Below, one piece after another: positions 9,222-19,800 of a stretch of DNA of 64,000 nucleotides. A program made the position numbers and the translations under genes. Within the stretch, counting starts at the first letter, position 1. Every line of letters begins with the position of its first letter. The DNA comes from a virus: the IMG/VR virus record IMGVR_UViG_3300037264_004281, positions 2,961 to 66,960 of that record. One strand, written 5' to 3'. The notes beneath the pieces were generated by a model. That model had not been told where the DNA came from and did no database searches. It saw nothing but the letters and a program-made list of their open reading frames with translations.

Positions 9222-11198
9222 ATGCCAACTACAACTGATAAATCATTTACCCCAACAAGTAAAGAAGTTAGATATATAAACAGAGACTTTGGGCAATTGA
9301 AAGAAGCGTTGATTTCTTTTAGTAAAACTTATTTCCCAAATACTTATAAAGATTTTTCTCCTTCTGCTCCAGGAATGATGTTTATTGAAATGGCTTCTTA
9401 TGTTGGAGATGTATTAAGTTATTATACGGATTATGCATTTAAAGAAGGACTAATTCAATATGCAACCGAAAGAAAAAATATCATTTCTTTAGCGAAGTAT
9501 TTGGGATATGTTCCAAAACCATCTAAATCTTCAACGGGACCATTGGATTTGTTTCAATTATGTCCTTCTAAAGATACTGGGACTGGAGATTATACTCCAG
9601 ACCCAGATTATATGTTGAATGTTAAGGAAAATTCTCAGTTTTCAAATAACCAAGGAAGTTATTATGTTTTAAAACAAAGCGTTGATTTTTCTTTAAGTTC
9701 ATCATTGTCCCCAAGAGTTGATTCAGTATATTCAAGAAATGCAGATGGAACTCCTCAGTTTTTTATATTAAAGAAACAAGGTACTATAGTATCTGGCCAA
9801 GTTTTAACGAAGCAACAAACAATAACAACTCCGTCTCAATTTTTAAAAATTTATTTGGATGAAGACAATGTATTAGGAATTGTGGATGTTGTAGATTCAG
9901 ATAATAACAAGTGGTATGAAGTTGATTATTTAGCACAAGAACTCGTTCCTACCGTTGTTCCGAACGATGTTTCTTACGAAGGAACTTTATCTCAGTATAA
10001 AGATTCTATTCCATATATTTTACATTATTTAAAAACTTCTCGCAGATTTACTAAAATCGTAGATGAAAATAATCTTACATATTTAGAATTCGGAGCGGGT
10101 GTGGATGGAATAGATGATGAGATTGTAACATTTAATCCGGCTTTAATAGGAGTTGGATTAACAAATATTAATAATGTTAATGTTCCTTTAGATCCTAGTA
10201 ACTTCTTGAAGGGCGAAAGCTACGGAATTGCTCCATCAAATACAACATTAACAATTAGATATTTAGTCGGTGGAGGAATACAATCTAATTGTGCATCGGA
10301 CGACGTTAAAAATATAATTTCTGTGGATTTTGCCAATTCATCCGAAGGGTTATTACCTGAAAAATCCAATCTTCTCAATACAGTTAAGAATTCTTTAGCA
10401 GTTACTAATCCAGAACCATGTACGGGAGGAGACGATGCGGAAACCAATGAACAAATTAAATTAAATGCAATATCTAATTTTTCTGCCCAAAACAGAGCAG
10501 TTACAAGGGAAGATTATTTAGTACGTGTTTATTCTTTGCCACCCCATCTTGGATCTATTGCCAAAGCTCAGGTTATTTCAGATGTAAGCTTACATAAAGA
10601 AGTTAATAAAATTTTAGTTGGATCCATTGGTAATACGGTAACGACTTTGATAGATAATAATATAAATAATTATTTTAGACGCTTATCATACGATATAACT
10701 AACCCATTTAGTATTAATATATATATTCTATCCTATGATGGAGATAAGAAATTAACCAAACCAAATGAAGCATTGGTAACTAATCTTATTAGTTACTTAA
10801 AGCAATATAAAATTGTAAGTGATGGAATAAATATAATAGATGGATATATTATTAATATAGGCGTGGAATTTGCCATAACTGTATATAAAGGATTTAATAA
10901 AAAAGATGTACTTTTGGATTCAATAAATGCTGTTAAGAACTTTTTTAACATTGACCAGTGGAATTTTTCTCAACCTATTAATACTAGTCAATTACAATTG
11001 GAAATTGCAAAAGTAGAAGGAGTACAATCAGTAGTAAATGTGAAAATTGTAAATAAAACTATATTAGATGGAAATTATTCAGTTATAGAATATGATATCA
11101 AATCTGCTACTAAAAATGGTATTATTTATCCATCGGTGGACCCATCTATTTTTGAAGTGAAATATCCGGATTCTGATATTAAAGGTACTTGCTTATAA
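9222..11198 (+). CDS. Baseplate wedge subunit (gp6/baseplate J-like)
   Basis: RDF..LK..L, PGMMFIEMASYVGDVLSYY, LGY.P, LEFG.G, GG.DAET, QNRAVTREDY; start revised to ATG 9222. Confidence 0.9.
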   Translation: MPTTTDKSFTPTSKEVRYINRDFGQLKEALISFSKTYFPNTYKDFSPSAPGMMFIEMASYVGDVLSYYTDYAFKEGLIQYATERKNIISLAKYLGYVPKPSKSSTGPLDLFQLCPSKDTGTGDYTPDPDYMLNVKENSQFSNNQGSYYVLKQSVDFSLSSSLSPRVDSVYSRNADGTPQFFILKKQGTIVSGQVLTKQQTITTPSQFLKIYLDEDNVLGIVDVVDSDNNKWYEVDYLAQELVPTVVPNDVSYEGTLSQYKDSIPYILHYLKTSRRFTKIVDENNLTYLEFGAGVDGIDDEIVTFNPALIGVGLTNINNVNVPLDPSNFLKGESYGIAPSNTTLTIRYLVGGGIQSNCASDDVKNIISVDFANSSEGLLPEKSNLLNTVKNSLAVTNPEPCTGGDDAETNEQIKLNAISNFSAQNRAVTREDYLVRVYSLPPHLGSIAKAQVISDVSLHKEVNKILVGSIGNTVTTLIDNNINNYFRRLSYDITNPFSINIYILSYDGDKKLTKPNEALVTNLISYLKQYKIVSDGINIIDGYIINIGVEFAITVYKGFNKKDVLLDSINAVKNFFNIDQWNFSQPINTSQLQLEIAKVEGVQSVVNVKIVNKTILDGNYSVIEYDIKSATKNGIIYPSVDPSIFEVKYPDSDIKGTCL

Positions 11199-11210
11199 GG
11201 AATAAAAAAT

Positions 11211-14200
11211 ATGCATCATTTTATATATCCATCCAAAGATACTTACATATCAAATCGTGCCGGATATGCCGAAAAAAATTTCGGCATAGATGAATTATTA
11301 CAAATCGGCACCTCAAATGTTACTACAAAAACATTGGCAACAACAAGAGATTATAACTATACAAGTAATTATGTTAATGAGTATCCAGTTCAGGATTTTA
11401 CTGGAATTTTTACTGGGTCACTAAAAGGTATAGCAACAGTTTATGGTAATTTGAGTGGTTTATCTTTATTTACTTCTTCTTACTTTAGTGGATCAATAGA
11501 TGGTGAAATAATTGCTGAATATAGTGGAAGTATTTCTGGTAGTTTAGTTGGATTTTTAAGTAGTTCGCTAGATACTGATAATACATGGGTTGGAGAATTT
11601 ACCGGACAACTTACTAGTTCCAACGGATGTTTGACTGGAACATTAACAGGAACCGAAACAAGAAGTGAAAATTATTGGGTAAATACTACTGCCAAATATA
11701 TTGATCGTTCTCTATTGCATTTTGATCTTACTAGTATTTTTGATGCAATTACAAGTGGATTAATTTTAAATCCAAAATTTCACTTAAAATTAAAAGTATG
11801 CAAAGAATATGAATTGCCTATAGCATATTCAATATATGCACTACCTATAAGCCAAAGCTGGAATATGGGTGATGGATATTTTTCAGATGGAGGATCTTCC
11901 GTAGGAGCAAGTTGGCGATATAAAGATTGCGATAGTGGAACACAATGGTATAGTCCTTATTCAAGTTCTGCCAGACCCCCAATTGATTTTATTTCTAATC
12001 CAGCGTTTTCTACTGGGTCTTTTGAATATGGTGGTGGAACATGGTATAGTGGATCATCTTGTTCTCAAAGTTTTAATTATGAGGCGTCTGATATTGACAT
12101 GGATGTTACTTCTATTGTGGAACAGTGGTTAACCGGAAGTATGCCAAATGAAGGATTTATTTTATTACATTCAGAAGAATTACAATCTACTGGTTCTGGA
12201 TTTACATTGATGTTTTATAGCAGAGATACAAATACAATTTATTCACCGTATTTGGATGTAATGTGGATGGGCAATGGAGAACCTTCAGGATCGAATTTTT
12301 TCACAACGGGTAGTTTTTCTACTGGTAGTGTTACAATTACTACAGCATCTGTCGGAATTAATGGAAAAATTCAAAGTGGATCTACATTTGTTATTGATGG
12401 AGGAGTTAATGGAACGTTTTCCGCTAGTGTTTTTGCAAAAATTTCTCCATATTATATTACCCAAAACAATTCTCTTATTAATCAGGAAGTTACATTATTT
12501 ACGGGAAGTTTTACTGGTTCTTTAAATGGATTTGCCGTTAACGTTTTGGGAACATTGAGTGGAAGCGGAATATTTACTTCATCATATTTTAGCGGATCTA
12601 TAGATTTAAATCCAGAAATTTATGAAGTCTCCAATAATATAACATTAAATACTTATGCTGGAATTTTTGACGGAACATTCACTGGGTCCTTGGATGGAGT
12701 TGCATTAAATGCATCTGGAACGTTGAGTGGAAGTGGAGTATTTATATCGGAATATTTCAGTGGTTCTATTGATATAAATCCTCGTATTTTTGAACTCAAT
12801 AATGCGGAAATATCTAGTAGTTTTATTAATGCATTAATCAGTGGATCTATTACCGGAAGTATATCATCATTGATTGGACAAGTTAGTAATTTTACTGGAT
12901 CATTATCGGGAAATGTCAATGGAGGTTTGGATGGAGTTTCTACTAATATTTTAGGAACTTTAAGTGGAAGTGGAATATTTACTTCATCATATTTTAGTGG
13001 ATCTGTTGATTATGTGTTAGTTGAATCGAATAACATCGGAGTATCTGGTAGTTTTGTTGAAGGATTATTAAGTGGGTCTATTAACACCACAGGAAGTATT
13101 TACTTGTTTAATGGACAGGTAAATAATTTTACGGGAAGCCTTAGGGGAAGTTTAACGGGATCACTAAACGGAACGTTCAACACGGATTTTAGTAATTTGG
13201 TTGGCAGAGGAATACTTACTTCTTCTTACTTTAAAGGATCAACCGATTCAATTCCGTTTATTTATGAATATAATAATGTTGAAATATCTAGTAGTTTTAT
13301 TAATGCATTAATCAGTGGATCTATTACCGGAAGTATATCATCATTGATTGGACAAGTTAGTAATTTTACTGGCTCATTATCGGGGAGTGTTAGTGGACCT
13401 TTAGATGGAGTTTGTACTAATATTTTAGGAACTTTAAGTGGAAGCGGAATATTTACTTCATCATATTTTAGTGGATCTATTGATTATGCTTCATTTGAAT
13501 TGAATGATGTGGGTGTATCTGGTAGTTTTATCGAAGGATTATTAAGTGGGTCTATTAACACCACGGGAAGTATTTACTTGTTTAATGGACAAGTAGATAA
13601 TTTTACGGGAAGCCTTAGTGGAAGTTTAACGGGATCACTAAACGGAACGTTCAATACGGATTTTAGTAATTTGGTTGGTAGCGGTGTGTTTACTTCTTCT
13701 TATCTCAGTGGATCAACCACTGAATTTAGTTTGCTAATTTATGAGTTAAACAACGCTTTAATATCTGGAAGCTTTATAAATGGAATATTGAGTGGATCTC
13801 TTAGTACAACGGGAAGTGTTTCTATATTTACGGGACAGTTAAGTGGATTTGGTGGAGTGTTGTCCGGAAGTATTTTACCGTTACCAATTTATATATCTGG
13901 AAGCAATCTTAATTTGCTAATAAGTGGGTCTATAGTCACAACAGGAGATATTTCAATATTTTCTGGACAAGTAAATGATTTGACTGGAAGTTTTGGTGGA
14001 AATTTAACAGCATCATTAGGGGGAACATTTACGTCTAATTTTGGAATAATAAGTGGGAGTGGAATGTTTACATCTTCTTATTTCAGCGGATCCTTTGATT
14101 TAATTCCTAATATTGTAGAAGTTAATAATGTTGAAATTTCTAGTAGCATTGTAAACGGAATAATAAGTGGATCTCTTAGCACAACAGGAAGTATTTCTAT

Positions 14201-16412
14201 ATTTACTGGAGATGTGGTAAATTTAAGTGGAAGTTTTGATGGAACATTGACGGGTTCATTAAATGGAATTGCTACAAGTTCACTGGGAACTTTATTAGGA
14301 AGTGGAATGTTTACTTCTTCTTATTTTAGTGGATCTATTGATTTAGATCCAGCAACTTATGAATTTCCTACTGGTGCAGAAATTTCCAGTAGTTTTGTTA
14401 ATGGGTTGTTAAGTGGGTCCGTTAATACTACAGGAAGTATTTACTTGTTTAATGGATTTGTAGATAATTTTACTGGTTCGTTATCTGGAAGTATTGTTGG
14501 AGCATTTGATGGAGTATCTACATATGCATATGGAACCTTATCTGGAAGTGGAATATTTACTTCTTCTTACTTTAGTGGATCTGTTGATTATATTTCATAT
14601 GAAGTAAATGATTTGGGTATATCTGGTAGTTTTGTAGAAGGATTAATAAGTGGGTCCGTTAATACTACAGGAAGTATTTACTTGTTTAATGGATTTGTAG
14701 ATAATTTTACTGGTTCGTTATCTGGAAGTATTGTTGGAGCATTTGATGGAGTATCTACATATGCGTATGGAACATTATCTGGAAGTGGAATATTTACTTC
14801 TTCTTACTTTAGTGGGTCTATTGATTTAACTCCGTTTACTATAGAAATCAACAATGTTGAAATTTCTAGTAGCATTGTAAACGGAATAATAAGTGGATCT
14901 GTCAATACTATCGGAGACATTTCATTATTTACCGGACAAATTGCAGGATTTGGGGGAATAATGTCTGGTAGTATTGTAGGAGTGTTAAGTGGAGCATCTA
15001 CTTATATTTCCGGAACTTTGTCTGGAAGTGGAGCATTTACATCTTCTTATTTTAGTGGATCTTTCGAGTTAATTCCTAATATTGTAGAAGTTAATAATGT
15101 TGAAATTTCTAGTAGTATTATAGATGGAATAGTAAGCGGATCGGTTACTGGAAGTATTCCGAGTTTCGTTGGAAATATATCTGGATTTAATGGAATGTTA
15201 TCTGGAAGTGTTGTAGGAACATTAAATGGAGTTAGTACTTCAAGTATCGGATTTTTATCTGGTAGTGGAGTATTTACATCTTCTTACTTCAGTGGGTCAA
15301 TTGATAATATTTTACAAATTTATGTGGTAAATGATACTGGAATATCTAGTAGCTTTATTAATGGATTAATAAGTGGATCTCTAAATACTACTGGAAGTAT
15401 TTATTTATTTATGGGACAAGTAACTAGTTCCGCAGTATTTCTTTCCGGAACGGTAACAACAGGACAATATCTAGATCTTTATAATTATACTATTAGTGGA
15501 ATAGTTGTTGGAGAGGGATTAAGCGGAAATATAGACGAATTACCCATTATTGGAAATTTTAAAGGAATTGTTTCGGGACAACCTTATTTAGTGACAGGAC
15601 CATGTGGAAATTCATTTAGTGCCTCTTTTGTTACAGCATCTTTGACATCTGGTATATTCAGCGGAAGTACATTTACTACATATTATATAGATTATAAATT
15701 TGAAAATGCACATCTTACTGGATCTTGGACTGAAGCAGCTTTGGTTGGATCTACAGTATGGATTCCATTACCATCTGGAATAGATCCCTATGCGTATGCT
15801 TACGTGACTGGGGTATATGTTTATGGAACTGCGATGGGGGATTATGTAATTTCAGGATCTATAAGTGGTAGTGTTGGATCTGATAGTGCTAGTTTTTCTG
15901 GACAGTTTATTAATGGTCCATTAATTGGAGGATATTTAAATGTTCAAATAAGTGGTAGTGTTTTTTATACATCTTCATATTCTTATACGAGTAGTGTAGA
16001 AATGATTAGTTCATCCTTTTATCCATTAAATACAAATAAAGCATTTAATGTATCTCTTCAAAGTGTTCGACCTACTTATAAAACAGGAGATATTGCTAAA
16101 ATTGGAGTTTTTGGACGTAAACAATATCCATTAAAAACATTTGGAATATCTACGCAACAAGAACAATATGTTATACCAGAATATTTGCCTACATCTTCTT
16201 TTTATGCATTAAAAGACCACGAAACTGGTGAAATTATTGTGGATTTCGATAATTATACTCAGTTGAGTTGTGAATATCCAGAAGGAAATTATTTTGTAAT
16301 AGATACGACTGGTATTCCGCAAGAAAGATATTATAGAGTTCTTATTAGAGTGGAAAACGGAGGAAGAATCTATACAACCGATACAGGGAAAACATTTAAA
16401 TTAACGAGATAA
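11211..16412 (+). CDS. Large baseplate/tail-associated protein (DNRLRE-like N-terminal domain) with a long Gly/Ser repeat insertion
   Basis: KDTYI...NFG.DE.L...RSLLHFDL...LKL...SW..G...NEGFIL...FYSRDT...PYL pattern; 13 copies of an FTSSYFSGS-type motif. Confidence 0.7.
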   Translation: MHHFIYPSKDTYISNRAGYAEKNFGIDELLQIGTSNVTTKTLATTRDYNYTSNYVNEYPVQDFTGIFTGSLKGIATVYGNLSGLSLFTSSYFSGSIDGEIIAEYSGSISGSLVGFLSSSLDTDNTWVGEFTGQLTSSNGCLTGTLTGTETRSENYWVNTTAKYIDRSLLHFDLTSIFDAITSGLILNPKFHLKLKVCKEYELPIAYSIYALPISQSWNMGDGYFSDGGSSVGASWRYKDCDSGTQWYSPYSSSARPPIDFISNPAFSTGSFEYGGGTWYSGSSCSQSFNYEASDIDMDVTSIVEQWLTGSMPNEGFILLHSEELQSTGSGFTLMFYSRDTNTIYSPYLDVMWMGNGEPSGSNFFTTGSFSTGSVTITTASVGINGKIQSGSTFVIDGGVNGTFSASVFAKISPYYITQNNSLINQEVTLFTGSFTGSLNGFAVNVLGTLSGSGIFTSSYFSGSIDLNPEIYEVSNNITLNTYAGIFDGTFTGSLDGVALNASGTLSGSGVFISEYFSGSIDINPRIFELNNAEISSSFINALISGSITGSISSLIGQVSNFTGSLSGNVNGGLDGVSTNILGTLSGSGIFTSSYFSGSVDYVLVESNNIGVSGSFVEGLLSGSINTTGSIYLFNGQVNNFTGSLRGSLTGSLNGTFNTDFSNLVGRGILTSSYFKGSTDSIPFIYEYNNVEISSSFINALISGSITGSISSLIGQVSNFTGSLSGSVSGPLDGVCTNILGTLSGSGIFTSSYFSGSIDYASFELNDVGVSGSFIEGLLSGSINTTGSIYLFNGQVDNFTGSLSGSLTGSLNGTFNTDFSNLVGSGVFTSSYLSGSTTEFSLLIYELNNALISGSFINGILSGSLSTTGSVSIFTGQLSGFGGVLSGSILPLPIYISGSNLNLLISGSIVTTGDISIFSGQVNDLTGSFGGNLTASLGGTFTSNFGIISGSGMFTSSYFSGSFDLIPNIVEVNNVEISSSIVNGIISGSLSTTGSISIFTGDVVNLSGSFDGTLTGSLNGIATSSLGTLLGSGMFTSSYFSGSIDLDPATYEFPTGAEISSSFVNGLLSGSVNTTGSIYLFNGFVDNFTGSLSGSIVGAFDGVSTYAYGTLSGSGIFTSSYFSGSVDYISYEVNDLGISGSFVEGLISGSVNTTGSIYLFNGFVDNFTGSLSGSIVGAFDGVSTYAYGTLSGSGIFTSSYFSGSIDLTPFTIEINNVEISSSIVNGIISGSVNTIGDISLFTGQIAGFGGIMSGSIVGVLSGASTYISGTLSGSGAFTSSYFSGSFELIPNIVEVNNVEISSSIIDGIVSGSVTGSIPSFVGNISGFNGMLSGSVVGTLNGVSTSSIGFLSGSGVFTSSYFSGSIDNILQIYVVNDTGISSSFINGLISGSLNTTGSIYLFMGQVTSSAVFLSGTVTTGQYLDLYNYTISGIVVGEGLSGNIDELPIIGNFKGIVSGQPYLVTGPCGNSFSASFVTASLTSGIFSGSTFTTYYIDYKFENAHLTGSWTEAALVGSTVWIPLPSGIDPYAYAYVTGVYVYGTAMGDYVISGSISGSVGSDSASFSGQFINGPLIGGYLNVQISGSVFYTSSYSYTSSVEMISSSFYPLNTNKAFNVSLQSVRPTYKTGDIAKIGVFGRKQYPLKTFGISTQQEQYVIPEYLPTSSFYALKDHETGEIIVDFDNYTQLSCEYPEGNYFVIDTTGIPQERYYRVLIRVENGGRIYTTDTGKTFKLTR
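12500..15420 (+). repeat. Array of ~79-aa (~237-nt) imperfect coding repeats
   Basis: Near-identical DNA blocks 474 nt apart (12807 and 13281) and 237 nt apart (14411 and 14648); boundaries approximate. Confidence 0.9.
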
Positions 16413-16414
16413 TT

Positions 16415-16888
16415 ATGGCATATACATCTAGTCAAAATTTTGATTTAGAAATAGAAAATTTTAAAAAATATGGAATATATAAATACAAATTTGATCCGGT
16501 TGGGAATCTTATTTTTAATAGTTCTTCAATAGATTTTTCCCGAGTTTATTTGTCCTTTCCTTTAGAATCTATTTTTTATAATAAAGAGAAAATAAATCAT
16601 TTTTATAATGTAGAATTTGAAGAGTTTATTCCCGCGCCCATAACAGGATCTGTTGTAAATGTAGAAGAAATTCAAGAACAATTAACAGTATTAGAACAAG
16701 AAAATATTACATTAAAAGAAAGATTAGATACATTAGCAATTCAATCGGAAAATTCAATGGGAGAATCTGAAAAATTAGCGAGTAAACAAGTAATATTTGA
16801 ATTAAGAAAGTCTTTGGGCGAAGGGAGAGTTGATTCTGATTTTTCAGAAGATTTCCCATATGCTCCAATTAAAAAGGAAACACGATAA
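16415..16888 (+). CDS. Hypothetical protein with a coiled coil
   Basis: ORF tightly coupled to its neighbours. Confidence 0.75.
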   Translation: MAYTSSQNFDLEIENFKKYGIYKYKFDPVGNLIFNSSSIDFSRVYLSFPLESIFYNKEKINHFYNVEFEEFIPAPITGSVVNVEEIQEQLTVLEQENITLKERLDTLAIQSENSMGESEKLASKQVIFELRKSLGEGRVDSDFSEDFPYAPIKKETR

Positions 16889-19800
16889 TGGAATATGTTT
16901 CATATCAATTAGTATCTGAGAATACTGGTAGTTTAAATTCAGGATCATATCTGAATGAAAACGAAGTTTCTTTATTTTTCGAAGGAACCCTTCCTGATGT
17001 GTGGTATGGACTATCTCCATATGATGTTACTGAATTGGGAGTTTTTGATTTGGAACAGAATCTTTTGGCATGGAAAGTTTTAGATGGAAATGTAAACTTT
17101 GTCAGCAAAACCAGTTCTTATCTTAACGGATTAGATATTCCCATTACATATTCTTATTCGGAACTAAAACAAGATTTAATTTTATACAAAAATCAGAAAC
17201 TTTTAGTTAATCCTCCAACCCAATTAATGCAATCATTTGGCATTGAATCGGGAAGTTATGTGTTGAGTTATAATTTTGTAAGAAACATGGCTGGAAGTAT
17301 TAATTCCCCTCTTCTTATAAATGACATCTCGCCTTCTAGAAAAGAAGTTAAATTGCTTCCTGTAGGACAATCTACACGGCAATATGAAGCATTTTGCAAG
17401 AAAAAGATTTTAATTAATGATGTATCTCCTTTGTATATAGAATCTACTTGGGAATGTCCATATAATAATATTTATAACGAAATACGTTATCGATATATTT
17501 CGGAAATTAATACATTAAAATTTTTATTTTTTTTAAATACCGATGGAGAAGTTCTTACTTTTTTAAAGAATTTATATGAAGATCATATTGTCTTCACACG
17601 ACCTACAGTAGACGCCGAAGGAGTTATTACTATTGATCCCGAGAAGGTGTTTAGAATACAAGGAATTAGAACATCTTTTAATAACTATTTGTTGGTTAAC
17701 AGTGATAGTATTGTTGATTTTTTGGATATTGACGCACAATTCAATGCTTTTGTTGTAACATCTATTGAAAGAAAATTTTATCCTATTGGAAAAAATCCTT
17801 TGCCTGAATATGCACAGGCAAAAACATTTATTTATGATTTTTTTATAAAATATTTTTATAAATCAATTTCAGAAAAATTATCAGCATTTTATATTGAAAA
17901 ATATTTTTCCTCATTAAAAAATGCATTAAACATTGGTTTTGGTAAATTATTCCCGGTTATAAATCACGGATATTTAGATGAACGAACGAATGGATCTGGA
18001 TCATTAACATTACTTGTAAAACTTCAATCTGAATTGCCAACTGAAATTTCAGTTCAAACAAATTGTTGGGTTTCTAATATTTCGTTAACTCCGTATGTAA
18101 TTGACACTATAATTAAAAAAGACAGTGACACAACATTATTTACAATTGGTCCACCTAATTTTGCACTTCCATTATCTAATGCAACAATTCAAAATGTTAA
18201 TAAATTATATACAAAGTCTGATTTATCCGTTAATGAACAGGTAGATAGAGAACTAGAAATAGGTAGAAAAATAAACGAGCTTTCGGTGGATTATACTGAT
18301 TTCAAGAATTTTATTATATTTTCTTCTGCTGGAATAAGAGTAAATATTTTTAAAAACAAAGTTATTCAACTATCTTCGTTAACATCATCTCTTCAAGAAC
18401 TGGAGAATAAGAATAATGTATTTGTTTCTGTTAGTGGAAGCTTATATCCATTTTACACTCAAGAATATAACACTATTCAAGGACAAATGGATAGTATCAT
18501 AGATTCATTTGATGGATATGAATCTTATTTATATAAAAGTAAAAATTATATTTATGCAAGTGGAAGTTTTGTTAATTCGATTTATGTAGAAGAAATCGAT
18601 ACTTCCGCCAGTTATTATGATAAATATAATAGAGATAGTTTAGTTAATAATACTCCACAGCACATTATCTTAGATGAAAACAACAGTGATTATCTTATAT
18701 TTTTGTCTATGATAGGTCATTTATTTGATAATATATACATTTATATTGCATCTTTGCCATCTGAAAAATCTATAAATCAAAATTCTCAGGAAACATTTTC
18801 AAATTTGATTATAAATCATATGTTGGAAACGTTTGGGTGGGATTTAAGTGACACGATAGAAACAAATACTTTGGTCGAAAATTATTTGACTTCGGAAGAA
18901 ATTAGCGGTTTAAATGAATTATCATCTGAAGATAGAATTAGAATTATTCGTAATAGATTATTGCTTACTTTACCTCAAATTTATAAGACAAAAGGCACAG
19001 AAGCGGCGGTTAAATTATTGATATCATGCTATGGAATTCCTTCTGCTTTACTTACAATAAGAGAATTTGGAGGAATAGATTATAGCGAACAAAACGCCTC
19101 TTATACAAAATATGAAAAAGCATTTTTATATCAATGGCATAGTTCGTCTAGATATGATCATTTTAGACTTCCATATCCAGGAAAGGTTAAAACTATAGAA
19201 TATAAATTTTCTATTCCAAATTCCGACCCATATACATATAGTCAGGAGCAAATTCAATGGGGTGTAGTTCCTGATGCCGTGCTTGCTAATAGTATAAGTG
19301 GAAGTGGGAAAATCCATGGTGGATTTGTTAAAGAGCGTGGTGGTAGAAATTTGGGTAGAGTATTTTTTTCATTTGGTTATAAAGGGCACGAATCCGCAAA
19401 AATTTATAGTAATTTGATTCCTATTTTTGATGGGAATGTTTACAGTGTAATGGTTCGTAGAAATGATCCGGATTTATTTTATCAATTTGCCGAAAATACA
19501 AATTATGTACCAACAAAATATGATTTATATGTTCAACGCAACGAAGGAGGACGCAAAATTATCTGCTCTACTTCAAGTTACATAAATTATGATATACAAA
19601 ATAATATAGATTTTGATGGTGTTGGATATTTTATGATTGGTGGTTGGTTTGCTGAACATAATCAAACGGCATATACCGGAACTTTTGATAAATTACTGTT
19701 GTGGGGCGATCCCATCACTGACTCAAATTTTGAAGATCATGTAAATAATATTAGTTCCTACGCATTCAATGGTTCTCGCGAGGGATATAAATCATTATTA

